Shown here: positions 47,056-57,038 of the stretch, one piece after another | Numbering within the stretch: position 1 is the stretch's first letter | Layout: each line of letters starts with the position of its first letter | Translations under genes and position numbers: made by a program | DNA from: an uncultured Planctomycetia bacterium | Lineage (GTDB): Bacteria; Omnitrophota; Gorgyraeia; Taenaricolales; CAZCCH01 | Reading direction: 5' to 3' | DNA length: 64,000 bases | Assembly: GCA_964497315.1 (NCBI GenBank) | Contig: CAZCCH010000007.1 | Location: 4,503-68,502 of the forward strand | Notes under the pieces: generated by a model | Database searches by the model: none | The model's input: the letters and a program-made list of their open reading frames with translations, nothing else | Told to the model about the DNA's origin: nothing

Positions 47056-48147
47056 ATGTTTTTGAATTTGCATGATTTGTTAACTTTAAAAATTGTAAAT
47101 TGCCCTGAAGCATTTAAAAAATTTATTTGTGATAATTTTCAATTTCAGATTTATGAAAACTCGGGACAAAAAGGGCCTTCATTGGAGTTTGTTGACAAAC
47201 TGCCGGTCCAGAAACCTGTTTATTGCCTAACCGCAGACACTGGTTACTACGCAGACAACTTTTTCATTATTGACTATAATAACAATAAGCTTGTAGTCCC
47301 CTTTGATTTGGATATTTGTAACTGGTGTTTGAAGTGCGAGAAGGATTTTGACCCGTTACGGCTTTATAATTTAATTGATGCCCTTGTTTTTCAATTTACT
47401 TTGTTTGAATGCAACTGCGCCTTTGTTCATGCCTCCTCGTGCGTAGTTAAGGGAAAGGGGGTGGCCATAAGCGGATGGAAAAAAACCGGTAAGACAGCTA
47501 TTGTGCTAAAGTACTTGTTTCAGGGCGCACAATTTATTTCGGATGATCATTGCATTGTTTCAAAGCAGGGCGAGATGTTTTCTTATTTGAGGCCGACATA
47601 TATACCATATGCCGCCTTGGACGATTTCCCACAATTAAAAAGAAAGATTCCTTTTCGCCTTCAGGCTAAAATCCCTATCAAGAAAATATGGGATCAGGCC
47701 TATAGATGTATGCCCAGAGGCAAGACGGTGGCAACGAAAATGTCTGATGTATTCAACAATTTGGCGCAGTTGCACTCGAATATCCCTATAAATTTTAAAA
47801 CGCTGTTTCCAAATTCGCTTACAGCGACTAAATTTGATCTACAGCTGTTTTTCTATATCAAAAAGTGGAATGGAGAAGATATATATTGTCAGAAGGTTGA
47901 TAAGCGGGTGCTTTCCGGGCGCCTTGCCCATTCAAGCAGATATGAATACAGGAGTTTTTTTGATTATTATCAAATATATCGTACCGCATTTCCTGACAGG
48001 GATAATGTCATGTTCAGAGAGTATGAATCTCGAATTGCCAATATCAGTTACGAGGCGCTTAAAAAGGCAGATTGTTACGATGTGCATATTCCGGCAGACG
48101 GCAATATTATTGAAGTAGCGGATTATCTTTACGAGAAGTTTCTATAA
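47056..48147 (+). CDS. HprK-related (HPr kinase C-terminal-like) protein with degenerate P-loop, embedded in the GT cluster
   Basis: CAFVHASSCVVKGKGVAISGWKKTGKTAIVLKYLFQGAQFISDDHCIV parallels HprK HA..v...g.GvLi.G.SG.GKS..al.L...G..lvaDD. Confidence 0.5.
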   Translation: MFLNLHDLLTLKIVNCPEAFKKFICDNFQFQIYENSGQKGPSLEFVDKLPVQKPVYCLTADTGYYADNFFIIDYNNNKLVVPFDLDICNWCLKCEKDFDPLRLYNLIDALVFQFTLFECNCAFVHASSCVVKGKGVAISGWKKTGKTAIVLKYLFQGAQFISDDHCIVSKQGEMFSYLRPTYIPYAALDDFPQLKRKIPFRLQAKIPIKKIWDQAYRCMPRGKTVATKMSDVFNNLAQLHSNIPINFKTLFPNSLTATKFDLQLFFYIKKWNGEDIYCQKVDKRVLSGRLAHSSRYEYRSFFDYYQIYRTAFPDRDNVMFREYESRIANISYEALKKADCYDVHIPADGNIIEVADYLYEKFL

Positions 48148-48163
48148 AAGAGGGAGCATCTAG

Positions 48164-49354
48164 GTGAAAATTTGCATTGCGGTTGAGCCGTATAATCTCA
48201 TATCCGGACATTGTAGACTGGCCGTAGAACTGGCCGGCCAACTGGTCAAAATGAACCATGAAGTTGTATTATTAACAACGCGCCCGACGGATGCCGTAGA
48301 GAACCTCAACAAACAACTCGCGGCTGATGTTTCTTTAAGTGGTGTAGAAATCCTGGCGCCTTTTCATTCTTCTTCCGACCCATTGACAGATAAAACGAAA
48401 TCTGTGATACGGGCATCTTTAAAAGGCGTTGATCTTGTTCACGGTTTTAATTTTAGAATTACGAACTTGATTATGTCATTATACGGCGCCGAGAGGGATT
48501 TTTTTGTTGTTTACCATTTATCCGGTCAAGCTAAATGGAGATGGAGAGATTTATTAAAAGCAGGGCCTTCCAGTTTTCTTATTCTGACAAGGCTTATTCA
48601 TATATACAAGCTTTTATCTCCTGCCGGAAAATTTAAAAAGATTTTGATGCGGTATGACAAAATCACAGTGGGATGCAATTTTTTGGCAGAATTAGTAAAA
48701 TGTATGGGGATTGACAGAGAGAGGATAGAAGTGGTTCCATGGGGCCTGGATATGAAGAGATTCACCGATGTTTCCAGCCAGCCATTCCCCGCACGGCAGA
48801 ATTTTCTTTATTTTGGATGGGGTTCATCTATAAGGGGAGTCCCGGATGTGCTTGAGGCATTTAAACTCTTATTAAGAAATGACCCCAGCGTCAGATTGAC
48901 ACTTTGTTTCCCAGGTTTTCACGGACTTGAAGAAGAATTTCTTAAATTTTCTATTAGAAAAATGAAAATCTCCGAATCTGTGTCATTAAAGAGTTTTGTG
49001 CCGGATATTTTGAAGATGATAGCGGATAGCAGCGTTGTTATTTTACCTTTTCGCTCAACAGCGGGTTTTCCTCACCCTCCTTTAGCGATTTTGGAAGCCA
49101 TGGCAGTTGGCAGGGTAGTTATATCGACATTGACAGGCTCAATCCCGGAGATAATTTGCGATAATAAAACAGGTTTTTTGGTGCCACCAAGGGATCCCAG
49201 TTCTTTGTATAAGAAGATGTTATTGACCTATAACACTCAATTGCGGCGGGAGATTGGAGAAAGGTCGAGAGAGTATATTGCTCTTGCGCATAGCTGGGAG
49301 TACGCGTTACCCAAAATTCTTAACGTGTATAAACAAATACAGAAAAAGGGTTAA
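48164..49354 (+). CDS. GT4-like glycosyltransferase (divergent)
   Basis: C-terminal ILPFRSTAGFPHPPLAILEAMAVGRVVISTLTGSIPEII. GTG start with GAGGGAG RBS. Confidence 0.6.
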   Translation: MKICIAVEPYNLISGHCRLAVELAGQLVKMNHEVVLLTTRPTDAVENLNKQLAADVSLSGVEILAPFHSSSDPLTDKTKSVIRASLKGVDLVHGFNFRITNLIMSLYGAERDFFVVYHLSGQAKWRWRDLLKAGPSSFLILTRLIHIYKLLSPAGKFKKILMRYDKITVGCNFLAELVKCMGIDRERIEVVPWGLDMKRFTDVSSQPFPARQNFLYFGWGSSIRGVPDVLEAFKLLLRNDPSVRLTLCFPGFHGLEEEFLKFSIRKMKISESVSLKSFVPDILKMIADSSVVILPFRSTAGFPHPPLAILEAMAVGRVVISTLTGSIPEIICDNKTGFLVPPRDPSSLYKKMLLTYNTQLRREIGERSREYIALAHSWEYALPKILNVYKQIQKKG

Positions 49355-49355
49355 G

Positions 49356-50108
49356 ATGGGAAAATATGATTATGGGCCGAAAAAGGCCTATTCTAATTCA
49401 GGGCTTGTTGCGCGTTACGATCTTGATAGGTTTTCTTCGCCAGCGGGAAAGTTGATCGGTTCTATTGAAGAGGATATTGTCCTGGCAAGCATCCCGATAA
49501 AAGAGCTGGCTGATGGAAATAAAATTATTCTTGATATGTGCACGGGTACAGGCAGATTTGCCGTTGAATGCGCGAAACTAAGATTAAATGTTATCGGTTG
49601 CGATGCATCATTGCCTATGCTGCGCACGGCCCTTCAAAAAGCAGCAACTTTGAATTTATCCCGAAATACGGATTTCGTATCTGGAGATATATACAATTTA
49701 CCTTTTAAAGATGGGAAATTCTCGCATGTTATTTGCATAAGGCTTATTAACCAGTTACAGGGAAAAGATTCCAAGGAAAGGGCCATAAAAGAATTATGCA
49801 GGGTTTGCGGTGAAGGAGGGACATTCCTTTTTGATTTCGTAAATGCCAGCAGCATTTCCCTGGTTAGAGGCCGTTTACATAGGTCACGTTTAGTGTCTTT
49901 CGCTGATATAGAAAAGATAGTATCAGCTATCCCGGGCGTTAGAATAAAAAGTTTTACGGGAAGGTTCATAATTTCACAAACTATCTTAATGCATATCCCC
50001 CGCTATCTTTTGAAAATAATGACGAAATTAGACGCGGCTTTGTCCCGCCTTTTCTATGGGTATGCGATTAAAGGGTATGTTGTTATTGAAAGGTCAAGGA
50101 AATCTTAA
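49356..50108 (+). CDS. Class I SAM-dependent methyltransferase
   Basis: ILDMCTGTGRFAVECAKLRLNVIGCDAS. ATG directly after the upstream stop; the ORF track start 49254 overlaps the upstream gene. Confidence 0.6.
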   Translation: MGKYDYGPKKAYSNSGLVARYDLDRFSSPAGKLIGSIEEDIVLASIPIKELADGNKIILDMCTGTGRFAVECAKLRLNVIGCDASLPMLRTALQKAATLNLSRNTDFVSGDIYNLPFKDGKFSHVICIRLINQLQGKDSKERAIKELCRVCGEGGTFLFDFVNASSISLVRGRLHRSRLVSFADIEKIVSAIPGVRIKSFTGRFIISQTILMHIPRYLLKIMTKLDAALSRLFYGYAIKGYVVIERSRKS

Positions 50109-51278
50109 ATGAAAATTTTGATTAATGGGATTGGCTCTAAATTTGGAGGCAGCGCCGCCGATTTTATAAACATTATCTGGAGCTTTACGGATTTGGCCAA
50201 GGACGATGAGTATTTTATATATGCCTCAAGGGCTCTTGCCAAAGAATTTGATGGACTGCCGGAGAATTTTCACATACTATCTTCCGCGTTTGCTGAAGCT
50301 AATTGGATTTTTAGGTTTTTATTTGACCAGGTTGTTATTCCTTTATTTATCGCGAGCAAAGGGATAAAGGTATTTATTGGATTTTTTAACTTCGCGGTTT
50401 TTATTTCACCGGTTAAGCAGGTTATACGTATAACCAACGACCTTTGTTTTTCTGGGATTGCGTTGCGAAGGGCGAAATTTCTAAATGCGGCGTATTTTGC
50501 CAGGGTTACCATGCTGCGGTATTTAATTGTTCTTTCAATCAAAAAAGCCGATAGGGTTATATTTCTTTCCAATGCCCTTAAGGCGGATGTCGCGCGCTAT
50601 TTTAAAAAAGATATACCGGCGGAAAAATGCCTGGTTTCATATAATGGGATAAATGAGGGGCGTTTTGCAATAGAGGAAAGCTTAAGTGATGAACTCAAAC
50701 AGAAGATGTCGCCTGTCTCTGGAAAAAATCCTTTTTATATTCTCTATCCAGCGTACTATTATTTCCATAAAAACTTTGACACCTTATTTAAGGCATTGCC
50801 CGATTTTAAAAGAAGCATCCATGGGGAATTCAAGTTGGTTCTCACAATTTATATAGATAAAGCGCTTGGAGGATCTTATGGATGGGATAATGCAGTAAAG
50901 CTTATGGAGGATTTATCCATAGCGGAAGACATTATTTTTTTGGGGAATATCCCATATTCAAAAATGCACCTTATCTACAAGGCCTGCCAGATGGTAGTAT
51001 TTCCTTCTTCGACCGAAGCTTGCCCTAATCCTTTATTGGAAGCAATGTTTCACGGGTTGCCCATTGTTGCGTCTGATATTCCTGCGCATAAAGAGCTTTG
51101 TCAGAATGCGGCTTTATATTTTAAGGTATTTGATCCTCAGGATCTTGCGCAGAAATTGGCGTTGGTAGCAAAGGATAAGGAGCTATATAACCGGTTTGCC
51201 AAAGAGGGGAAGAACAGGTGTTCACGATTTTCATGGCGCGTGCATGCAGAAAAACTTTATCATGCTATAGAAAATTGA
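50109..51278 (+). CDS. GT4 family glycosyltransferase
   Basis: VFPSSTEACPNPLLEAMFHGLPIVASDIPAHKEL. Confidence 0.7.
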   Translation: MKILINGIGSKFGGSAADFINIIWSFTDLAKDDEYFIYASRALAKEFDGLPENFHILSSAFAEANWIFRFLFDQVVIPLFIASKGIKVFIGFFNFAVFISPVKQVIRITNDLCFSGIALRRAKFLNAAYFARVTMLRYLIVLSIKKADRVIFLSNALKADVARYFKKDIPAEKCLVSYNGINEGRFAIEESLSDELKQKMSPVSGKNPFYILYPAYYYFHKNFDTLFKALPDFKRSIHGEFKLVLTIYIDKALGGSYGWDNAVKLMEDLSIAEDIIFLGNIPYSKMHLIYKACQMVVFPSSTEACPNPLLEAMFHGLPIVASDIPAHKELCQNAALYFKVFDPQDLAQKLALVAKDKELYNRFAKEGKNRCSRFSWRVHAEKLYHAIEN

Positions 51279-51314
51279 TATAAATCCGATATTTGATAAA
51301 GAAAGGCACTAAAG

Positions 51315-52262
51315 ATGAAATTGCTGATGTTACTTTTAAAACTTTTTCCAAAAAGAGCGCAGGTTGAAATAACTACCCGGTGCAATTTAGATTGCAAGAT
51401 GTGCCCGCGCTCAAGATATGGCATAAAACCGATGGATATGTCATTGGGAGCGTTTAAGAAGATACTGGATAAGCTTTCTTCCGTAAAAGAGATTACGATA
51501 TCCGGATGGGGTGAGCCGTTACTTCATCCCGATCTTGAAAAAGTAATAGATTATTGCTTGGAGGAAGGTAAGAAAATTAAGCTGACTACCAATGGGTTGT
51601 TGATTAATGATGCAAATTTAAAATATTTGATAAAGATAGATGAGATTACATTTTCCATAGACCAACTGGATGATGATAAACATTTAACCTTAGGGCATTG
51701 TCAGAAGATAGCGATTGAGAATATAAGAAAGCTTGCAGGGCAGAGAATTGGCAAAAAACTGCATATCAGGATACAATCGGTATATTACAGGGAGAATAAG
51801 AGAGATATTCTGGAAATAATCAAAATGGCAAAAGAATTGGGAATTGATTCTGTCAAGGTGATGCGAATTAACCCGCGCTACGGCCCGCCCGGGGCTTTTC
51901 CAAATATTTCACGAAATGAGCTTTTAGAATTTTATGGAGAAGCGAATAAATTCGCAAAGGCGTTAAAAATGAGAGTAGACTTCGTAAACTATGCCTTTTT
52001 CAAAGGTGCAGCAAGGATTATACACAAAATAAGCATGTTTTTTATCCTCCCGGCTTTAAAAATTTACTGCACAAGGGTTCTCAATTTTATTTATGTAAGA
52101 GTGGATGGGAAGGTAAGCCCCTGCGGCGGGATACGCGATTACATCATTGGCGATTTGTCAAAAGAAGACCTTGGGGCTATATATAAGAGCGAGAAAGTTC
52201 AGGATTATAGAAAGAATTATTTGGAGATTTGCAAAGGTTGTAGTTTTATGATTGACCACTAA
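51315..52262 (+). CDS. Radical SAM protein with twitch/SPASM-like C-terminus
   Basis: CNLDCKMCPRSRY. C-terminal SPCGGIRDY...CKGCSFM. Confidence 0.65.
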   Translation: MKLLMLLLKLFPKRAQVEITTRCNLDCKMCPRSRYGIKPMDMSLGAFKKILDKLSSVKEITISGWGEPLLHPDLEKVIDYCLEEGKKIKLTTNGLLINDANLKYLIKIDEITFSIDQLDDDKHLTLGHCQKIAIENIRKLAGQRIGKKLHIRIQSVYYRENKRDILEIIKMAKELGIDSVKVMRINPRYGPPGAFPNISRNELLEFYGEANKFAKALKMRVDFVNYAFFKGAARIIHKISMFFILPALKIYCTRVLNFIYVRVDGKVSPCGGIRDYIIGDLSKEDLGAIYKSEKVQDYRKNYLEICKGCSFMIDH

Positions 52263-53019
52263 AATGGCAAAAGATATGAAAATTCCTATAGTATTCTATC
52301 ATTCGCTTTGTGAAGAAAAAAGCGGCAATAAGTATTGCCTTGATAAAGATAAGTTTGAAAGCCAAATTTCCTATTTGGCCAAACACAGTATTGAGGTTCT
52401 ATCGGTATATGATGCGATGAATCTAAATAAGGCGCCTTTGAGCACCAACCCTGCTGTTATGGTTGCGTTTGACGATGGATGCGCAAGCCTGTTTAATTAT
52501 GCCTATGCGATTTTGAACAAATTTAACTTTAAAGCCCATATATTTATCGCGACAGACTTCATAGGCAAAGAAGGATATCTACAATGGGACCAGATTGTAA
52601 AATTGCATAAAGATGGCTTTATAATAGGTTCACATGGCCATTCGCATAGAAATCTCGCGACCTTGGGGAGTGAAGATATTTGCCGCGAATTACAAATTTC
52701 CAAATCGTTGTTGCAAGAAAAGCTGAATGTGAATATAGACATAGTTTCGCTTCCTCACGGAGGTTTCGATAAACATGTACTGGAGGCTATTGAGGAGACC
52801 GGTTTTAAAGCTGCTTTTACTTCAGTTCCTACGTATGGCATTTCTTGCGAAAATCTTTATGTATTTGGAAGATTTGCGATTCTTGCCAATACTAGCCAGG
52901 CTAAATTTGAAGCAATCGTGAATCACCGTCTGCGGGTTTTTGTTGCGGAGAACTGTTTTTATAGGATGAAAAAGCTTATTAAGCCGGTTTTGAAAATACT
53001 TAAAAGAGGACAAATATGA
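52252..53019 (+). CDS. Polysaccharide deacetylase (CE4/NodB homology domain)
   Basis: VMVAFDDGCASL (Asp-Asp metal motif) and IIGSHGHSHRNL (His-His). Confidence 0.8.
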   Translation: MTTKMAKDMKIPIVFYHSLCEEKSGNKYCLDKDKFESQISYLAKHSIEVLSVYDAMNLNKAPLSTNPAVMVAFDDGCASLFNYAYAILNKFNFKAHIFIATDFIGKEGYLQWDQIVKLHKDGFIIGSHGHSHRNLATLGSEDICRELQISKSLLQEKLNVNIDIVSLPHGGFDKHVLEAIEETGFKAAFTSVPTYGISCENLYVFGRFAILANTSQAKFEAIVNHRLRVFVAENCFYRMKKLIKPVLKILKRGQI

Positions 53020-54464
53020 AGATAACATTTTTGGTGCCTCCGATTTTACAGGGTACGAGAATAGCCGAAAGAGTAGCCGGTTGTTCTTATGTCCTTTATG
53101 ATGTCCCAAATATTTTCATGGTTTTGTTCGCTGCGGTTGCCAGAGATGCTGGCCATGAGGTTTCATATGTAGATTTTCCTGTGATGAAGAAAAGAAGAGA
53201 TGATTTTTTAAATTTCTTGAAAAATGATGATAGCCATGTTTATTTCATTTTTACAGTTGAGCTATCTGTGCAGACAGATATTCTGGCGCATCAATTGATA
53301 CGGCAAACAAGAGGAAATATCCCTTTGATATTCGCGGGCCCGGCCCCTTCACATCGTCCGGAGACGTTTTTGAAAGATGCCTATACCTATATTGTAAGAG
53401 GAGAGCCGGAGCGAACCATGATAGAGTTATTGGTTACCCTGGATACAAAGGGCGATTTTAGTCAGGTCAAAGGATTAAGTTTTATTAAAGACAGAGAAGT
53501 TGTTCATAACCTTCCGCGGGAATTAATAAAAAATTTAGACGATTTGCCGTTTCCTGCCAGAGATTTGGTGGATAAAAGTAAAGGCATGTATTTTAACCCA
53601 AAATTAAGAATTAGGCCGGTTACTTTAGTGCTAGGATCGAGGAATTGTTCCTATAGATGCATCTATTGCGTACCGTGCGCGTTAACTTTTGCGATAGAGA
53701 TAGAATATAAACGTTATTTTAAAAAGAAACCACCGGTGAGGCTTAGAAGTGCTCAAAATATTATTTCAGAGTTTAATTTGCTGAAGAAACAAGGGTACAA
53801 GGCAGTTGTTTTTCAGGATGACATTTTTATTTGGGAAAAACAGAGAACCATCGAATTCTGCCGCGGAATTAAAAATGTGGGCATAGTCTGGGGTTGCCAG
53901 GCGAGGGCAGATCATCTTTCCGAAGACTTGCTGAAGGAGATGGCTCAATCTGGGTGTAGGTATATTGATATCGGCATTGAATCATTCAATCAGGAAATAT
54001 TGGATGCTGTGAGAAAAGATTTAAAGGTGGAGGACTCTATCAGAGCCATAAAACTTATCAAGAAATATGGCATAGACGCGAAGATAAATATCATATTCGG
54101 AGCCACGCCACTGGAGACAAAGAAGACGATAAACCATACCAGAAAGATGGTAAAGAAGCTTAAGGTGAGTCAAGTCATGTATTCAGCATGTGCGCCATGG
54201 CCCGGCACTGAACTTTACGATATAGCCAAGAAGCAAGGATGGTTTGTTGATGGCGACTATAGGCCAAGCGATGGAGATAGAGAATCCATCATACAATTTC
54301 CCCATTTATCCAAAAAAGAGCTGGAATCTTTATTGAAAAAGGCAAATTTGGAATTCTTTTTAAATATTCGATTTATAATGAGAAATATTTTCAAAACCGG
54401 CTTGTTCAATGTCGCCAACCTTGTGGATTCTGTTAAGGCCGTATTCAGGAAAATAAGATGGTAA
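53016..54464 (+). CDS. Class B (cobalamin-binding) radical SAM enzyme, likely C- or O-methyltransferase-type
   Basis: N-terminal Rossmann-like B12-binding region. CSYRCIYCVP cluster. 482 aa. Confidence 0.7.
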   Translation: MKITFLVPPILQGTRIAERVAGCSYVLYDVPNIFMVLFAAVARDAGHEVSYVDFPVMKKRRDDFLNFLKNDDSHVYFIFTVELSVQTDILAHQLIRQTRGNIPLIFAGPAPSHRPETFLKDAYTYIVRGEPERTMIELLVTLDTKGDFSQVKGLSFIKDREVVHNLPRELIKNLDDLPFPARDLVDKSKGMYFNPKLRIRPVTLVLGSRNCSYRCIYCVPCALTFAIEIEYKRYFKKKPPVRLRSAQNIISEFNLLKKQGYKAVVFQDDIFIWEKQRTIEFCRGIKNVGIVWGCQARADHLSEDLLKEMAQSGCRYIDIGIESFNQEILDAVRKDLKVEDSIRAIKLIKKYGIDAKINIIFGATPLETKKTINHTRKMVKKLKVSQVMYSACAPWPGTELYDIAKKQGWFVDGDYRPSDGDRESIIQFPHLSKKELESLLKKANLEFFLNIRFIMRNIFKTGLFNVANLVDSVKAVFRKIRW

Positions 54465-55477
54465 AATTAGTCAGGATTTCTGATGAGTTAGCTTGTAGAT
54501 GGGATTCTTTAATAGGGAATTATTCCAGTAAAAGATTATTCCACAACATGGCGTGGCTGAATTACCTGGAGAAGAGCCAAAATGGTAAAAAACTGATTTT
54601 TGAAATAAGAGACAACAGTAGATTGGTCGGTTACTTTTGCGCTTTGAGTATAAAAAAGGGACCCTTTAAGATACTTGGAAGCCCGCTACGCGGGTGGAAT
54701 ACATTTGAGATGGGACCTATAATGAATAGAAATCTCAACCAGATTGATGTTGTTCAGGCAATAAGTGATTATGCGAAAAACAATGAATATTCTGTATTGG
54801 AGTTGAGTAATTCATTATTAGAGCCGAAGGTTATGAGGGCAGCAGGTTTTAGTTTTTACAAAAAGTACACATATGTTGTTAAGCTTATGCCGGGTGAAAA
54901 AGAGAGGATGTTCGAAAATTTAACAAGTGTTTGCCGTAATAGAATACGCAAAGGAGTCAATAATAAGTTATCTGCGAAGGATATCAGTCATCCAATTGTA
55001 GCCGAGCGATATTATACCCTGTTAAAAAAGGTATTTTTCAAAAAATGGTTAGCACCCCCGTATAAAAAAACGAAAGTAAATTTACTTTTTGAAATACTTA
55101 AACCGGTAGGAATGCTGATCTCCATGCAGGTAAGTACTTTAGCAGGTGAAATTATTGCCATAGGGCTGTATCCTCATGATAATCGAACGTTGTTTTTTTA
55201 TGGTGGAGCCAGTAAGGGCACGCGCAACCATCTTTATCCCAATGAACTATTGCATTGGTCTGCTATGTTGGAAGCATCCAATATGGGAATAGAATCTTAT
55301 GATATGGGTGGTGTGACGTCAAAAGAGAAAAGCGGTATAGATAAATTCAAGCGTAAGTTCGAAGGCAGAAAGGAAGAGATTTTGCATTGGCAAAAATTTT
55401 ATTCACCCGTTGCCAAAGCGGCATATTCTTCATATAGGGCGTTAATATTTTTAAGGCAAAAAATATTTTTTATATAA
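54458..55477 (+). CDS. FemAB-like / GNAT-fold acyl- or aminoacyl-transferase (tentative)
   Basis: HNMAWLNYLEKSQNGK. About 340 aa two-lobed architecture of the kind common in EPS loci. Confidence 0.4.
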   Translation: MVKLVRISDELACRWDSLIGNYSSKRLFHNMAWLNYLEKSQNGKKLIFEIRDNSRLVGYFCALSIKKGPFKILGSPLRGWNTFEMGPIMNRNLNQIDVVQAISDYAKNNEYSVLELSNSLLEPKVMRAAGFSFYKKYTYVVKLMPGEKERMFENLTSVCRNRIRKGVNNKLSAKDISHPIVAERYYTLLKKVFFKKWLAPPYKKTKVNLLFEILKPVGMLISMQVSTLAGEIIAIGLYPHDNRTLFFYGGASKGTRNHLYPNELLHWSAMLEASNMGIESYDMGGVTSKEKSGIDKFKRKFEGRKEEILHWQKFYSPVAKAAYSSYRALIFLRQKIFFI

Positions 55478-55478
55478 G

Positions 55479-56432
55479 ATGAAATTTTCTATAATTATCC
55501 CTGTATATAACAATGAAAAATACATCGCTGAATGCACAAAATCCCTTTTGTCGTTAGAATACCCAGACAAGGAAATAATTATTGTAAACGACGGCTCAAC
55601 GGATTGCACAGCACAGATATTAAAAAAATTTGCAGCAAGAAAACTTAAGATAATTAACCTTAAACAGCGCAGTGGAATAATATGCGCATCAAATAGAGGT
55701 CTGTCTGTAGCAAGCGGCGATATCATTATCAGAACAGATGGGGATACTATTGTAAATAAAGATTGGCTCAATCGTTTTAGTAGTTATTTTCGTGATAAGG
55801 ATATTATGGCAGTCGGGGGTTCATATAAGTGCCTGAATGATAGTTCGATAGTTGCATTGTGTACCAGCACAATAGATGCTATCTTCGTTAATCTATTGCG
55901 GAGGAAATTGCTGTTTAATAGGCTGCCTGGTGCCAATAGGGCAATGAGGAAGGATGCCTTTTTGTCTGTAAATGGATTTGGTCAAGGGATTGACTTTAGT
56001 GAAGACATTGGCACGTATTTGAAATTAAAAAGCCTAGGCAAGATAGTATTCGACCCAGAAATTATTGTCGCGACTCACTATCCAGAGAATCTACAGCAAT
56101 TATGGAAGCGTCATTATTTTAATGGATATGGGATAGCCTCATGCCTAAAATCGCCGAAGGCATGGATTAGGCCAATTTTAATGCTTGGGTTTTATCTTAC
56201 GATTATGACCGCGTTTATGAATGTATTTCTATTTACCGAGATAAGGTTGCTGAGCGGTATTTCTATGATGTTTTACTCATCTATATTTATTGCGATCGCT
56301 ATACTTAGCTTGTTTGCGCTCCACAAGAAGAGATTTCTTTTTTTAATTGTACCGTTGATTTTTATAATTCAGAATACAGCCTATCTATGCGGTATAGCGA
56401 GGACTTTATTATCGAAGAGATTAAAGAGGTGA
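55479..56432 (+). CDS. GT2 family glycosyltransferase with C-terminal TM helices
   Basis: FSIIIPVYNNEKYIAECTKSLLSLEYPDKEIIIVNDGSTD. DGDT motif. C-terminal hydrophobic segments. Confidence 0.75.
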   Translation: MKFSIIIPVYNNEKYIAECTKSLLSLEYPDKEIIIVNDGSTDCTAQILKKFAARKLKIINLKQRSGIICASNRGLSVASGDIIIRTDGDTIVNKDWLNRFSSYFRDKDIMAVGGSYKCLNDSSIVALCTSTIDAIFVNLLRRKLLFNRLPGANRAMRKDAFLSVNGFGQGIDFSEDIGTYLKLKSLGKIVFDPEIIVATHYPENLQQLWKRHYFNGYGIASCLKSPKAWIRPILMLGFYLTIMTAFMNVFLFTEIRLLSGISMMFYSSIFIAIAILSLFALHKKRFLFLIVPLIFIIQNTAYLCGIARTLLSKRLKR

Positions 56433-56438
56433 GAGAGC

Positions 56439-57038
56439 TTGATTAGAGTAAATTTGGCATTAAAGAGGTTTTTCGATATTCTGTTTTCTCTATTTGGTTT
56501 AATGGTTTCTTCGATGTTATGGATCATTATTTCAATGGCCATTTATATAGAGGATGGCGGACCCGTGCTTTTTGCAGATATGCGCGTAGGTAAAGATAGG
56601 CGATTGTATAGACATTTTAAATTTCGGACTATGAAGAAGGAAGCAGAGAGGACAACTGGGCCAATTTGGTCGACAAAAGAAGATAGGCGAATAATAAAAG
56701 TAGGGCGGTTTCTAAGAGCTACAGCTATAGATGAACTACCACAGTTGATAAATATCCTAAAAGGGGATATGAGTTTTGTTGGACCAAGGCCTGAGAGGGA
56801 ACATTTTGTAAATAAATTCACAAAAGAAATCCCAGGTTATCAAAGACGATTTTGCATTAGACCGGGACTGACCGGCATGGCCCAAGTTTATGGTAAGCAT
56901 GATAGTTTACCAGAGAAGAAGTTGAAGTATGATTTGGAATACATAGATAGACAGAGCGTTCCCCTGGATCTTAAATTGATATTTTTATCATTTCTAATAA
57001 CGTCCAAAGCAGGGTGGGAAAAATTTGAAAAGACTTAA
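56439..57038 (+). CDS. Priming phosphoglycosyltransferase (small bacterial sugar transferase, WcaJ/EpsB C-terminal-type)
   Basis: RFFDILFSLFGLM..., MRVGKDRRLYRHFKFRTM, DELPQLINILKGDMSFVGPRPE. Confidence 0.85.
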   Translation: MIRVNLALKRFFDILFSLFGLMVSSMLWIIISMAIYIEDGGPVLFADMRVGKDRRLYRHFKFRTMKKEAERTTGPIWSTKEDRRIIKVGRFLRATAIDELPQLINILKGDMSFVGPRPEREHFVNKFTKEIPGYQRRFCIRPGLTGMAQVYGKHDSLPEKKLKYDLEYIDRQSVPLDLKLIFLSFLITSKAGWEKFEKT

